A stretch of 63,956 nt of DNA, the filler included, from Octopus bimaculoides (Eukaryota): NCBI RefSeq assembly GCF_001194135.2. It is 6 parts of 6 records of this genome, joined end to end, with 100 filler letters (N's around TTAATTAATTAA, not from the genome) between each part and the next. Parts side by side here need not be neighbours in the genome. Positions count along the whole stretch, not along the records: positions 32,864 to 60,289 come from NC_068989.1; positions 60,390 to 62,051 come from NW_026324903.1; positions 62,152 to 63,956 come from NW_026326589.1; 3 more parts are not named here. One strand, given 5' to 3'. The translations under genes and the position numbers were made by a program. How positions within the stretch are numbered: the stretch's first letter is position 1; each line of letters starts with the position of its first letter. A model generated the notes under the pieces. That model made no database searches, was not told the origin of the DNA, and was given only the letters and a program-made list of their open reading frames with translations. This document shows, one piece after another, positions 51,096 through 63,956 of the stretch.

Positions 51096-52795
51096 TTACT
51101 TTCGTGAACTAAATACCAAAATACTTACTATGAGTCTATGTTTTGAGTCTATATTTTGAGTCTATATTTTTCTATACTATGAGTCTATATCTTTCTCCTC
51201 ATAATCTATATTTCTGTTGCCCAAATAATCTTCACATCAAACCTTCAATGATTACATGTTTTCAAATGCGCTACATTTTATACTGATTTTATTGTTACAT
51301 CTGTATATACCAACAAGCATGGAAGCTAAAAATTGGTGTTCGTGTTTTTTTTCTCCTTGGTTTGCATCTCTTGAGAATTTCTTACGTATGGTGGTTGATT
51401 ATATTTGGTCTTACACCACCCTTCTTCTTGTATGAGATTGATAAAGAATTGTGCATATGAAACGTTACTACTCCGTCTATTATTTATATTGAGTGCATTC
51501 AGGAGTTTGCCCGCTATATTGGCATAGCCTCTACAATTCGAGCTATTTCTGTTTGTGTTGTGTATGTTGATAAAGTACGAATGTTTGTTCCCTTTCATTG
51601 TTGTCTCGCCAGATATTTGCGTTTCTTTCACATAAACTGCAGCCCGTTTCTCCTATGCAGGTTTCGGTAATGTCTCTTTATTGTCTTTACAGGCAACTCA
51701 TATAGTACACAACATTGCAAAACTAGAAGCATGATGTTTATGGCTCATGGTTCTTATTAGAGTAATAACGAAAGCTAAACCACAAAAGAAGTATGAGTGG
51801 GAAGATAAGAAGAGATTAAAGATAATGATGAAGATGCAAAAGAAGAAAAAGGAGAAAAAGGGAGAGGAGGAGGAAAGAAGTGGAAGGAAGAGAAGAAGAA
51901 AAGAGGAGGAAGGAAAAGGGGTAACATTTAGAAGAAAAAGAGAAGAGAGAAGAAAAAAAACAGAAAAAAGCAAGAAAGAACAAATGAACAAGAAGCTGGT
52001 CTTTACTGTAAAATGGTCCCAGAAATTAGTTTGCGGACGCTGTACCTTGAAGCTAACTAGTATACACCTGTCTCACTTTTTTTCTCAGACTTTCTAATCC
52101 CACATGAGACGCCACAGACTAGTCATCCTGAATAATTCATATCATATTTAATCAAAACCGACGAATGAAAGAGTTTTCTATAGATCCTCCTTTATAGGTC
52201 CGCTTCTTACATGAAACTACCAGCAAATCTTATATCCATTAATAAATAAATATTACACTATTCATCTGAATCAATATATCTACAAACTTCGGTATAGTTT
52301 TATAGCTATGTATACATTATATATCCTATGCATATACTTTTATAAACCTCAGTTTATAAAGCTCAGTTTTAGTTGTTTTCTCATAAGTCATTAACACTGA
52401 TTAGAAATTAATTAGATCTGTGCTAATTTCGAGTTATGATTGATGATATTTGGCATTCAAGTATTTCTTGAACGGTTCTTTTCACAGATTTTTAACGAGA
52501 CTACACTTACGTACGTACGTACGTACGTACCTACCTACCTACCTACCTACCTGCCTACCTACCTACCTACCTACATACATACACACATATTCATACATAC
52601 ATATATACACACATATATACATACACACAGACACACACAAACACACACATACACACATATATATGTATATATACACATACATATATATGTGTAGGTATAT
52701 ATATTTATGTGTTTGCGTGTATGTGTGGGTATGTATACACAAGTATGCATCTTTTCCTTTCTCTATGTATAATATATATATGTATGTATATATGT

Positions 52796-52837
<42 letters not shown>

Positions 52838-53444
52838 NNNNNNNNNNNNNNNNNNNNNNNNNNNNNNNNNNNNNNNNNNNNNNNNNNNNNNNNNNNNNNN
52901 NNNNNNNNNNNNNNNNNNNNNNNNNNNNNNNNNNNNNNNNNNNNNNNNNNNNNNNNNNNNNNNNNNNNNNNNNNNNNNNNNNNNNNNNNNNNNNNNNNNN
53001 NNNNNNNNNNNNNNNNNNNNNNNNNNNNNNNNNNNNNNNNNNNNNNNNNNNNNNNNNNNNNNNNNNNNNNNNNNNNNNNNNNNNNNNNNNNNNNNNNNNN
53101 NNNNNNNNNNNNNNNNNNNNNNNNNNNNNNNNNNNNNNNNNNNNNNNNNNNNNNNNNNNNNNNNNNNNNNNNNNNNNNNNNNNNNNNNNNNNNNNNNNNN
53201 NNNNNNNNNNNNNNNNNNNNNNNNNNNNNNNNNNNNNNNNNNNNNNNNNNNNNNNNNNNNNNNNNNNNNNNNNNNNNNNNNNNNNNNNNNNNNNNNNNNN
53301 NNNNNNNNNNNNNNNNNNNNNNNNNNNNNNNNNNNNNNNNNNNNNNNNNNNNNNNNNNNNNNNNNNNNNNNNNNNNNNNNNNNNNNNNNNNNNNNNNNNN
53401 NNNNNNNNNNNNNNNNNNNNNNNNNNNNNNNNNNNNNNNNNNNN

Positions 53445-53507
<63 letters not shown>

Positions 53508-54585
53508 TAAGTATACACATGTCTGTGAATATGTTTATAAGTATGCGTGTATGTGTGAGTCGTTGGACGTATTTTAGCATTTATGTAGTATTTATATGAT
53601 GTGTAGATATGTAGATCTAAATATACATAAGACGTACCACAAAGACGTCTGCTTGGACATGTATGTAGTGAGAGTGTATAAATATATACATATTTGCGAG
53701 TGTGTATACGTGGGGTAATAAATATAAGTGTATATGTGTATATATATATGTACATGTGTGTGCGTGCGTGTGTATGTGCGTGTGTGTGTGTGTGTGTGTA
53801 CGTATCGTAGAGCACGTTCTAGAAACTCTTAACTCTTTGAGCCAATGCTTAACGTTTGTACACATATTTGCCAGTCAAGAACATCCTAATCTGTACAAAA
53901 ACTGAGGACAGTATATTCTTAAATGTTCCATGTTATATATATATATATATATATATATATNNNNNNNNNNNNNNNNNNNNNNNNNNNNNNNNNNNNNNNN
54001 NNNNNNNNNNNNNNNNNNNNNNNNNNNNNNNNNNNNNNNNNNNNNNNNNNNNNNNNNNNNNNNNNNNNNNNNNNNNNNNNNNNNNNNNNNNNNNNNNNNN
54101 NNNNNNNNNNNNNNNNNNNNNNNNNNNNNNNNNNNNNNNNNNNNNNNNNNNNNNNNNNNNNNNNNNNNNNNNNNNNNNNNNNNNNNNNNNNNNNNNNNNN
54201 NNNNNNNNNNNNNNNNNNNNNNNNNNNNNNNNNNNNNNNNNNNNNNNNNNNNNNNNNNNNNNNNNNNNNNNNNNNNNNNNNNNNNNNNNNNNNNNNNNNN
54301 NNNNNNNNNNNNNNNNNNNNNNNNNNNNNNNNNNNNNNNNNNNNNNNNNNNNNNNNNNNNNNNNNNNNNNNNNNNNNNNNNNNNNNNNNNNNNNNNNNNN
54401 NNNNNNNNNNNNNNNNNNNNNNNNNNNNNNNNNNNNNNNNNNNNNNNNNNNNNNNNNNNNNNNNNNNNNNNNNNNNNNNNNNNNNNNNNNNNNNNNNNNN
54501 NNNNNNNNNNNNNNNNNNNNNNNNNNNNNNNNNNNNNNNNNNNNNNNNNNNNNNNNNNNNNNNNNNNNNNNNNNNNNNNNNNNNN

Positions 54586-54645
<60 letters not shown>

Positions 54646-56276
54646 TGTCTGTCTGTTGTGTTTGTGTATATATATATGTATATAATGTCTGCATATATAT
54701 ATATGTATATTATGTGTGTGTATATATATTTTATGTGTATATACATATATTTTCCCACGCAGTTTAAACTCTTCATGTCCGTAGTGACTTTGAATTTTCT
54801 GTACAAGAGTAAAAACTGGACACTCACAGGCACTAGTACTACCACCACCACCGCAGCCACCACTTCATCATCACCATCATTATCATATCATTTTTTCTCC
54901 GTGAATGAGAATGTTACTTATCCTTGCCGAAACAGCATCACTTCTACCATCAAACGTCACAGACAAAAACGCATACACATCGACTCCGTTTCCACCCTAA
55001 CTGCCATTTTGCAATGGCTGACACCGACCATCTTAACCGCTCGAGACTCTTACGTCTCAAAAGTGGTGGCATATTAAGCATCAATTATGTCATCTGCTGG
55101 TGTCCACGGATATTAACTCTAAGGGAGAATAAAATCATCTGTATTTTAGACCTAGGGACGAGAGTAAAACTTCCTCTAAAACTAATATAGCCTGGAAAAT
55201 CTTTGACCAAGCCCCTCCATATTCCAACAGATTACGTAGCTTTATATTCTTATCTGTAATATTTCGAGTAAGAAACCGCCCGCAATAGAAAGTCTGATAT
55301 GCTGTCTCACTGTCGCCTCAAATGCAATTACATGCGTACTCACATTCATACGCGCGCAGACAACTAGATGACATTGACTATTTTCCAATGATAGAGCTAT
55401 ATTTCTGGAATGAAAAACAGCCTATTTTCTATTGGTGATAAATAGTGATTAAGACAGTAATGCATGCAAATGATTTCTCCTGTATCAGTCTAGAAAACTC
55501 AGAAAGGACACGAGTAATTATAATATTACAATTAAAACTAATAAACTGAACTGTAAAAATATGCAAACATGTTAGAAATTTAATCTATAGTAGGTATACA
55601 TACTCTCATATAGATATACAAACTTAATATATGCACATACGTTGGTCAAAGCATACAAGTCCATATTAGCAATAACGCACACACACACACACACTCACAC
55701 ACACACACTCACACACACACACATNNNNNNNNNNNNNNNNNNNNNNNNNNNNNNNNNNNNNNNNNNNNNNNNNNNNNNNNNNNNNNNNNNNNNNNNNNNN
55801 NNNNNNNNNNNNNNNNNNNNNNNNNNNNNNNNNNNNNNNNNNNNNNNNNNNNNNNNNNNNNNNNNNNNNNNNNNNNNNNNNNNNNNNNNNNNNNNNNNNN
55901 NNNNNNNNNNNNNNNNNNNNNNNNNNNNNNNNNNNNNNNNNNNNNNNNNNNNNNNNNNNNNNNNNNNNNNNNNNNNNNNNNNNNNNNNNNNNNNNNNNNN
56001 NNNNNNNNNNNNNNNNNNNNNNNNNNNNNNNNNNNNNNNNNNNNNNNNNNNNNNNNNNNNNNNNNNNNNNNNNNNNNNNNNNNNNNNNNNNNNNNNNNNN
56101 NNNNNNNNNNNNNNNNNNNNNNNNNNNNNNNNNNNNNNNNNNNNNNNNNNNNNNNNNNNNNNNNNNNNNNNNNNNNNNNNNNNNNNNNNNNNNNNNNNNN
56201 NNNNNNNATATACACACACACACACACTCATATGTGTGGTGATGCATACATACATACATACATATTTTTTATATTC

Positions 56277-56690
56277 TACTTGTTTCAGTCATTAGATTGC
56301 GGTCATGCTGTGGCACCGCCTTGAAGAATTTTAATTGAACGAAAAGACCTCAAGTATTTATTTCTTAAAGCCTGATATTTATTTTATTATTTCTTCCTTT
56401 GTCGAACCGCTAAGTTACGGGACATAAAGACCCCAAAAAGTGTTGTTAAGAGATGGTGGGGGAACAAACACCGACACAAAGTCACACGCACACATACGCA
56501 CATACACACACCCACAGATCCACACACATATCTACAGCGTGCTTCTTTCAGAATTCTGTCTAATGAATCCGTTCACAAGGCCTTGGTCGGCGTGAGGCCA
56601 TAGCAGAAAACACCGAAGGTTCCACGCAGCGGGATTGAACCCGGTACCTTGAAGTTGGAAAGCAAACTTCTTACACGCAACCACGCCTGC
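56277..56690 (-). mobile_element. SINE 'family C', full length, older
   Basis: Colinear with 40871-41434. Confidence 0.8.
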
Positions 56691-57189
56691 ACATGCATGC
56701 ATACATACAGAAGAATATACACAACGAATATTTATACGCCCACAAACATCTCGCTAGCTAGATTGATTGATTGATAGTTAACTAACGAACTATAGATCCG
56801 TCATATGTTTAATGCACTTAAGAAACACACACAAACCACCAGAAACTCCTACACACACAGATACCATCATTCATCGATGTGTACGCTCTGCTATATCTAT
56901 CGTTGAATCATTCCCGGCCGCGGGATTCTATGTTAAGACGTGAAACAGAAGCCATGTTTTGCATGCAAATTTTCTTGACTTCCAGCGTTGTGTGCACCGA
57001 CACTGCAGTTTTCCTTTTATGCAGTTTTGTAAACGTGCATGAGATTAATGGACTGTTGCAATTTTCAGTTGCATCCTGGTAGAACTATCTGTTTCTGTGT
57101 ATATATATGTATGTGTGTGCGGGTGAGTGTGTGTGAGTGAGTGTGTGTGTGTGTGCGCAAGGATGGGAGTGTACATTGTGTGTGTGAGT

Positions 57190-57232
<43 letters not shown>

Positions 57233-57348
57233 CGTATGCGTGCGAGTGTGGTAATGTACGTTTGTGTTTGTGAGGTGCATGGTGAGTGCAACTATAATTC
57301 AATTATGTGTGCATGATATAAGCTGTGTGTGGGGAGTGTGCGTTGTGT

Positions 57349-57387
<39 letters not shown>

Positions 57388-58584
57388 CACGCGCGCATGA
57401 TATGTTGTATTTATATGGAGTAGTGTTTATGCTTATATTGTGCATGATGTGTGTGTGTGTGTGTGTACGTGTGTGAGTGCGTGTGTCGTGTGCATACGTG
57501 ATTGTGTTCAAATCATTCACACACACACACACACACANNNNNNNNNNNNNNNNNNNNNNNNNNNNNNNNNNNNNNNNNNNNNNNNNNNNNNNNNNNNNNN
57601 NNNNNNNNNNNNNNNNNNNNNNNNNNNNNNNNNNNNNNNNNNNNNNNNNNNNNNNNNNNNNNNNNNNNNNNNNNNNNNNNNNNNNNNNNNNNNNNNNNNN
57701 NNNNNNNNNNNNNNNNNNNNNNNNNNNNNNNNNNNNNNNNNNNNNNNNNNNNNNNNNNNNNNNNNNNNNNNNNNNNNNNNNNNNNNNNNNNNNNNNNNNN
57801 NNNNNNNNNNNNNNNNNNNNNNNNNNNNNNNNNNNNNNNNNNNNNNNNNNNNNNNNNNNNNNNNNNNNNNNNNNNNNNNNNNNNNNNNNNNNNNNNNNNN
57901 NNNNNNNNNNNNNNNNNNNNNNNNNNNNTGTATATATTTGTTAATATCTATCTATACACACATACACACACCTATATATATGGTGTGTTGCTTGTTGTTC
58001 CTGTTTGTGTTTGCATATGTGTGTGCGCGCGCGCGTGTGTAAAGATGCGTAAAGTTTTGTTCCAGTCTAAATGACAGTAACTGAATATTGCTTCCTTCCC
58101 ACGTCCAATGGCTCCTGGGAGACTCTTCAGATAAAGGCAAATTATTGTAAGATGGACGACTAAATAGAAAACCGGGAGACATAAGGGAGAAATCAGAGTA
58201 AAAGTGTGAGAAGTGGGTAGCTGTGGGAGGGAAAGGAGAAAAAAGGAAGAAATGACAGGGAGAAAGAAAGAAAGAGAAGAAGTGAATGAAAGAATGTGAA
58301 TGAAGAAGTAGAAATATTAGAGAGCAGAATCCCTGTGAGGAACACTGGTTGGCAGAGAGGCGTACAAAGAAACAGGCAGTTACAATGATGAATGGACGTA
58401 CAGAGAGAGAGAGAGAGGGAGGGAGAGAAATAGAGAGAGAAATAGAGAGAGAAATAGAGAGAGAGAGAGAGAGATGGTTACATGGGCAGATGTACAGAGA
58501 GAGAAAAACAGAGAGGTAGATTGAAAACAAATTATCTATGTTTAAGATGTGTTCTTTCAGTAACGTAGTGTTAAAAAGTAGACT

Positions 58585-58660
<76 letters not shown>

Positions 58661-59045
58661 GCGTGTATGTATTTATGTGTCTATCATCAATTTTCTCTTT
58701 CTCTTTTGTCTGTCTATCTGCCTACCTTTCGGTCTGACTATTTATCAACGTATTTATCTACCAATGTCTGTATTTATCTATTTANNNNNNNNNNNNNNNN
58801 NNNNNNNNNNNNNNNNNNNNNNNNNNNNNNNNNNNNNNNNNNNNNNNNNNNNNNNNNNNNNNNNNNNNNNNNNNNNNNNNNNNNNNNNNNNNNNNNNNNN
58901 NNNNNNNNNNNNNNNNNNNNNNNNNNNNNNNNNNNNNNNNNNNNNNNNNNNNNNNNNNNNNNNNNNNNNNNNNNNNNNNNNNNNNNNNNNNNNNNNNNNN
59001 NNNNNNNNNNNNNNNNNNNNNNNNNNNNNNNNNNNNNNNNNNNNN

Positions 59046-59082
<37 letters not shown>

Positions 59083-60389
59083 TCATACATGTATGTATAA
59101 ATATACATACGTACATATATGTATATATATACTCATACATACATGTATTCATATAAATACGTACATATATATGTGTGTGTGCGTGTGTGTATATATATGT
59201 GTAATATATATGCATATATATATATATACATATACATACACATCTAATTAATATATATATATATTTGTTTATATATTACTCTTTAGAATGCACGAAAAGA
59301 TTGAAAGAGGAAAAGGAGGAGAAGAAAGAGAGACGGAGACAGAGTAATGAACAAATCTAGAGTGTTTAAGAGAGACATGCAAATATCAAAATTAGCATAT
59401 AGATTGACTAAGATACGAACAAGCTGACATTTTGATAGAATGACCAGGAGGAACTAACAAGTAGACATTTTGAACAAGATTATCGTACTGACGTTCATGC
59501 AAGACACACAGACATCCCAAAGACAATTGCCTGAATTCTCATTAGTATTCGAGAAGAAAATGGTAAATGAATAAAATACATCATTGTTTTTCAATGCCTG
59601 AGAAATCTACGACTTGGGATCCATCGACCAATCAAAATGAAGATAAAAATAAAAAGAAAAGCAGACGTAACAACTCAAGTTAATGAAACAAATAAAATAA
59701 ACCAAGGTGACACGCAATAAAAAACAGAGACTACCATGAAAATAAAACATAAACTTGAACTATACAAAAATGAGATCTCTAAAATGTGATTCGTTGAATA
59801 ATAATTTCAAGTCTCCGAAGAGAAAATAATTGAAATATTAAACTTTTGTCTCTGAATTGTCATGGGAGTAATGGTGGCTTCTCTCATTTCTATTTATTGA
59901 AATATTCTCATGTTTTCGCAATTGTGTTTAATCTATTTAGCTAACAGATCTCTAATGATATTAGCCAACTGGTGTCCTTATTGTGAATTCGTTATTCCAC
60001 ACGTATACATATCGCTTTCTTTACTTCTTTTTATTTCTCTTTCTTTCTCTCCCTACATCATCTCTGCCTTATTTCTCTCTCTCTCTCTCTATCTCTGTCT
60101 CTCTGTCTCTCTGTCTCTCTCTCTCTCTCTCTTGCCTACCCTTATTTAATTTGTCTATCGCTCTAATTGCGATTAATTTTTTTAACTTCAGATCTTAATT
60201 TGTGAGCAATAGCTTCCTGAGTTACAGGTTTCCAATGGACCAATCACTGATTCAATGTACTTCTGATTGTCATATATATATATATATATNNNNNNNNNNN
60301 NNNNNNNNNNNNNNNNNNNNNNNNNNNNNNNNNTTAATTAATTAANNNNNNNNNNNNNNNNNNNNNNNNNNNNNNNNNNNNNNNNNNNN

Positions 60390-60716
60390 CATTGACCACC
60401 AGATAAGGGATCGGGGGACCCTGTCAAAGGCTTTCTCCATGTCAACGAAAGCCAGGTACAGAGGTTTATCCTTGGCTAGGTATTTCTCTTGCAACTGTCT
60501 CACTAGAAATAAGGCATCAGTAGTGCTTTTACCTGGCACGAACCCAAACTGCATCTCATCTAAATTGATTCGCTCCCTAATTAGTTGGGCTATGACCCTC
60601 TCTGTAACTTTCATAACCTGATCTAACAGCTTGATGCCTCTGTAATTATTTGTATCTAAAGCGTCCCCTTTACCTTTGTAGCAGTTGACTATGATGCTGC
60701 TACACCAGTCATAGGG
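60390..60716 (-). mobile_element. RTE-clade LINE RT fragment
   Basis: Open frame PYDWCSSIIVNCYKGKGDALDTNNYRGIKLLDQVMKVTERVI...QFGFVPGKSTTDALFLVRQLQEKY...AFVDMEKAFDRVPR; runs into a gap. Confidence 0.92.
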
Positions 60717-61560
60717 TTATTCGAAAGACAGTAATTACTATAGAATTTTTAATAAAAATAGGGTTAGATTAACTTTCTGTAATAGCAAAAATCTAGCACA
60801 AATTATAGCGGCACACAATGATAGTAAATTTAACAGTTTCCATATGAACAATAGCAATAATAATAACCAGAATTATAATTATAGATCAATGAATAGCAAC
60901 AATGTCAACATGAGCGGACAAACCATAAGTAACACAACAAGGTATCAGGATAAGAACAATGGTTTGACAATCAATAAAATTGAAGAGACCTGACGGAACA
61001 CAACAATTAACCTGGAAGTAGTAGATGTGAATCCTAAAAAGCAAAGTACTCAGAATGTTGTCTATGTGGAAAGGACTAATAGCTTAGAAGATAGACAGGG
61101 GAATTTAGAAATCACATCTAGAGTAGGTGAAGTGAATAATAGTAATAGAAGTAGTAGAACTATTGAATACGACAGTGCAAGGAACAGGGTCTGTACGCTT
61201 AACTCTAATGGTAGGCATAAAAATATTGTATGCAGACGTAAGATTACCTCAGAGAATAGAAGGTATTTCTTTATAGAAGCTAGCTCATGTTATATTAAGC
61301 AGAGAATTGCCAGTCATTTAAGTTCATTTAGAAATAGGAACAAAAAGAATACTACCAGCCTTAGTAAGCTAATTTGGGCACTAAAAGATGGTAACAAAGT
61401 ATTTTCACATGCCTGGGAAATAATTAGTAAAAACCAAACCTTATATAATAGGTGATAATAAATGTGAGTTTTGTGCAGAAGAAATGTACCAAATTTTCAC
61501 TTGTAAATTTACTATTATAAACACTAGACAGGAACAGGCTGAGATGTCCACTCTGGATTA
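60717..61560 (+). mobile_element. Penelope-like element (Naiad-like GIY-YIG), decayed
   Basis: YYRIFNKNRVRLTFCNSKNLAQIIAAHN; VCTLNSNGRHKNIV; KQRIASHLSSFR..TTSLSKLIWALKD..WEII; after a frameshift KPY..KCEFCAEEMYQI..IINTRQE. Confidence 0.78.
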
Positions 61561-61908
61561 AAGGTATTGATGGTGGTGCCGTCAGAAGTGTGAATGGCAT
61601 GTGCATGGCAGTTGCGGTGGCGATGGTGGTGGTACTGATGATGGTGATGGTTGAAAACAATCAAGAGAAAGAGAGAGAAAGAAAGAGGTTAGACAGAAAA
61701 AAATATTGTACTGACCCCCAAATGAGAAGACAAAAAATGTTGTTTATCATGCAGCTTTGCAATAAGTTCCAAGTCGACAAATTATATCATTGTTCTGATG
61801 AAAATTGTTCATCACTTGCAAAAATATTGTTCAAGTTTAATAAAATTTAATATGTACTCAATGCATGAAGTGTCATTGTTGGGCCCAAGGCCTAATGAAG
61901 AGCCCTTC

Positions 61909-61963
61909 ATAGGAGCTAGCTTAAAAGCTGCTCGATTGGGTGGCTTTTAAGCTAATCTCCTAT
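61909..61963 (+). other. 55-nt hairpin
   Basis: ataggagctagcttaaaagc-tgctc-gatt-gggtg-gcttttaagctaatctcctat. Confidence 0.75.
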
Positions 61964-62226
61964 AGCACCAGGCAAATCAAGTGTTTAGCCATGTGAATGG
62001 ATTTGGTTGATGGAAACTGATGGAAGAACCTTGTTTTATATATATATATATNNNNNNNNNNNNNNNNNNNNNNNNNNNNNNNNNNNNNNNNNNNNTTAAT
62101 TAATTAANNNNNNNNNNNNNNNNNNNNNNNNNNNNNNNNNNNNNNNNNNNNATATATATATATATACACATACATATGTATATTTATATGTATGCGTGTG
62201 TATTTGGATATCATCATCATCATTGT

Positions 62227-62547
62227 GAAAGCGCATAACTTAGTGATTAGGGTATTGGGCTCGCGATCGTAGGGTCGCGTGTTCGATTCCTGGCGGTGCA
62301 TTGTGTCCTTGAGCAAGACACTTTACTTCACGGTGCTCCAGTCCACTCAGCTGGCACGAATGAGTAGTACCTGTATTTCAAAGGGCCACCCTTGTCACAC
62401 TCTGTGTCACATTGAATCTCCCGGAGAAGTATGTGAAGGGACGCGTGTTTGAGGGATACTCAGACACTTGCACGTTAATCTCACGAGCATGCTGTTCCGT
62501 TGATCAAATCAAATGGAACCCTTGTCGTTGTAAGCGACGGAGTGCCA
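62227..62547 (+). mobile_element. tRNA-headed SINE 'family B', full length
   Basis: B-box gtgttcgattcc; colinear with 33800-34118. Confidence 0.9.
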
Positions 62548-63067
62548 GATATATTTTATTAATTGATGTGTGTGTATGTGTGCTTTTACTTACGTACGTA
62601 TGTATATACTTAAGTACATTAATGCATCTATGTATGTATAAAGTCTTGTTTCGCTTTATATGTGTGTCTATGTATGTGTGTGCGTGACTCCATAACCATT
62701 CATGCATGAGAGTGGATATAGGCATTCGCACGCGCATGTATTCGTATACAAACTGTACTCATATTCACCGACACTCTCATTTATGTGCGCGTAAATGTGC
62801 GCATATGTTTAAAGTTTCCTTGTTTGTTTGTTTATGTGTTTATTTATTGAGCGGTGTGACGAGCAAATCGTTAAAAAAATATCAATTATCCATGTGTCAT
62901 TGTAATCTTCTTACTTTTGTGGTTCGCTCCGGAACAATCCAGAGAAATACTAAAATCAATTGTATATAAATTTATGAACCCTTGATTTGAAACTGGTTTG
63001 GTGGGTGCCAACGCACGGAACTCTCGGCCCTTGATTCGTTCTGTAACTTCCGCCGATTATTGTTGTT

Positions 63068-63105
<38 letters not shown>

Positions 63106-63115
63106 NNNNNNNNNN

Positions 63116-63150
<35 letters not shown>

Positions 63151-63167
63151 GTATCATCATCATCACC

Positions 63168-63370
63168 ATGGCAACAAGCTGCAAGAATTTTTTTTCACGC
63201 CGGGCAAAATGCATTTTGTCCGTTTTTGCATTCTGAATTCAAATGCTGCAGAGGTCGACTTTGCCTTTTCTTTCGTGGTCGATAAAAATAAGTACCAGTT
63301 GATCACAGGGGTCGATCTAATCGACTTATCCCACTTCCTCGAAACTGTTAGCATTGTGTCAAAATTTGAA

Positions 63371-63372
<2 letters not shown>
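63168..63372 (+). mobile_element. CORE-SINE with tail 2 variant, between (ATC)n and (TTA)n
   Basis: gaggtcgactttgcc...gtcgataaaaataagtaccag. Confidence 0.8.
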
Positions 63373-63428
<56 letters not shown>

Positions 63429-63441
63429 TATTATTATTATT

Positions 63442-63485
<44 letters not shown>

Positions 63486-63494
63486 TATTGCTAT

Positions 63495-63907
63495 TGAGTG
63501 AGAGAGCAGTGCATGCCACTAAAGTGACACTGAAGTAAAATATACGAAACCCAATTTACCCATCATGACTACCCGTCTGATAAGAGTACACCAGGTACAT
63601 GCATCACAAACATATGTGCACGACACGGTGACCTCATAACAAGAAAACAGCACATAACCTTGCAAGTGGGACCCAGTTAGAATTTTCTTCAGATCGAGTA
63701 GCCCATCCCGCTCAAATGGTCCTTGAATAAGGGGTGTTTAGGGATGTGGAACGAAACACCCATGTTTCCAAAGGTGAATTATTCAAACCCCAAAGAATTC
63801 CTTTCAACACATGACTATGATTCTCCCCCACTACTTCTGTTCGTGATCAGAGATGCACATATCGTCACCCACTAAGGGACATGCTCAATCAGTTAAGATG
63901 AAAAGCT
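63495..63907 (-). mobile_element. Second, 5'-truncated copy of the ~585-bp non-coding retroposon
   Basis: Colinear with 27727-28135. Confidence 0.85.
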
Positions 63908-63956
63908 ATAAGGGCCATCTTCTTCTTCTTCTTCTTCTTCTTCTTCTTCTTCTTCT

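Noticed and set aside
51128-51190. gagtctat-containing imperfect tandem repeats
   Set aside because: Simple minisatellite.
51326-51631. 101-aa non-repetitive ORF (-)
   Set aside because: No recognisable domain; other frames hint weakly at a decayed transposon.
8932-62107. TTAATTAATTAA at 8932, 20580, 32808, 60334 and 62096
   Set aside because: Each is centred in 44 N + 12 nt + 44 N (100 bp) and has stops in all six frames. It is an artificial scaffolding spacer, not a biological repeat or CRISPR array.
374-63538. Most ORF-track entries (IYIY, HTHT, YLSI, MYVC, poly-X)
   Set aside because: They are translations of microsatellites or N gaps.

Overview
Eukaryotic, AT-rich, microsatellite-saturated draft-assembly DNA with many N gaps. 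The SINE repertoire and simple-repeat load point to an octopod cephalopod, probably Octopus (inferred from recalled repeat families; no search was run). I found no host-gene exon, rRNA, intact tRNA or CRISPR array, and almost all ORF-track entries are translations of microsatellites or gaps. The window is intergenic or intronic and made of transposon relics: about 25 tRNA-headed SINE copies (CORE-type with different tails, plus two or three other families), two mariner remnants, a 71-bp hAT-type MITE with a perfect 8-bp TSD, an L1/Tx1-clade 3' end, five R4/Dong-type (REL endonuclease) LINE remnants, RTE fragments, and two Penelope-like GIY-YIG remnants. The most interesting structures are: (i) a C(U/C)UGU-loop 3' hairpin shared, with different stems, between the Tx1-like LINE tail and the CORE-SINE tails; (ii) three SINE dimers with the same junction; (iii) a co-oriented R4/Dong array punctuated by (TAA)n; (iv) a chimeric 315-aa ORF joining antisense R4 to an open Penelope endonuclease frame; and (v) two long hairpins that fold better on one strand. 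All family assignments rest on motif recognition by eye.
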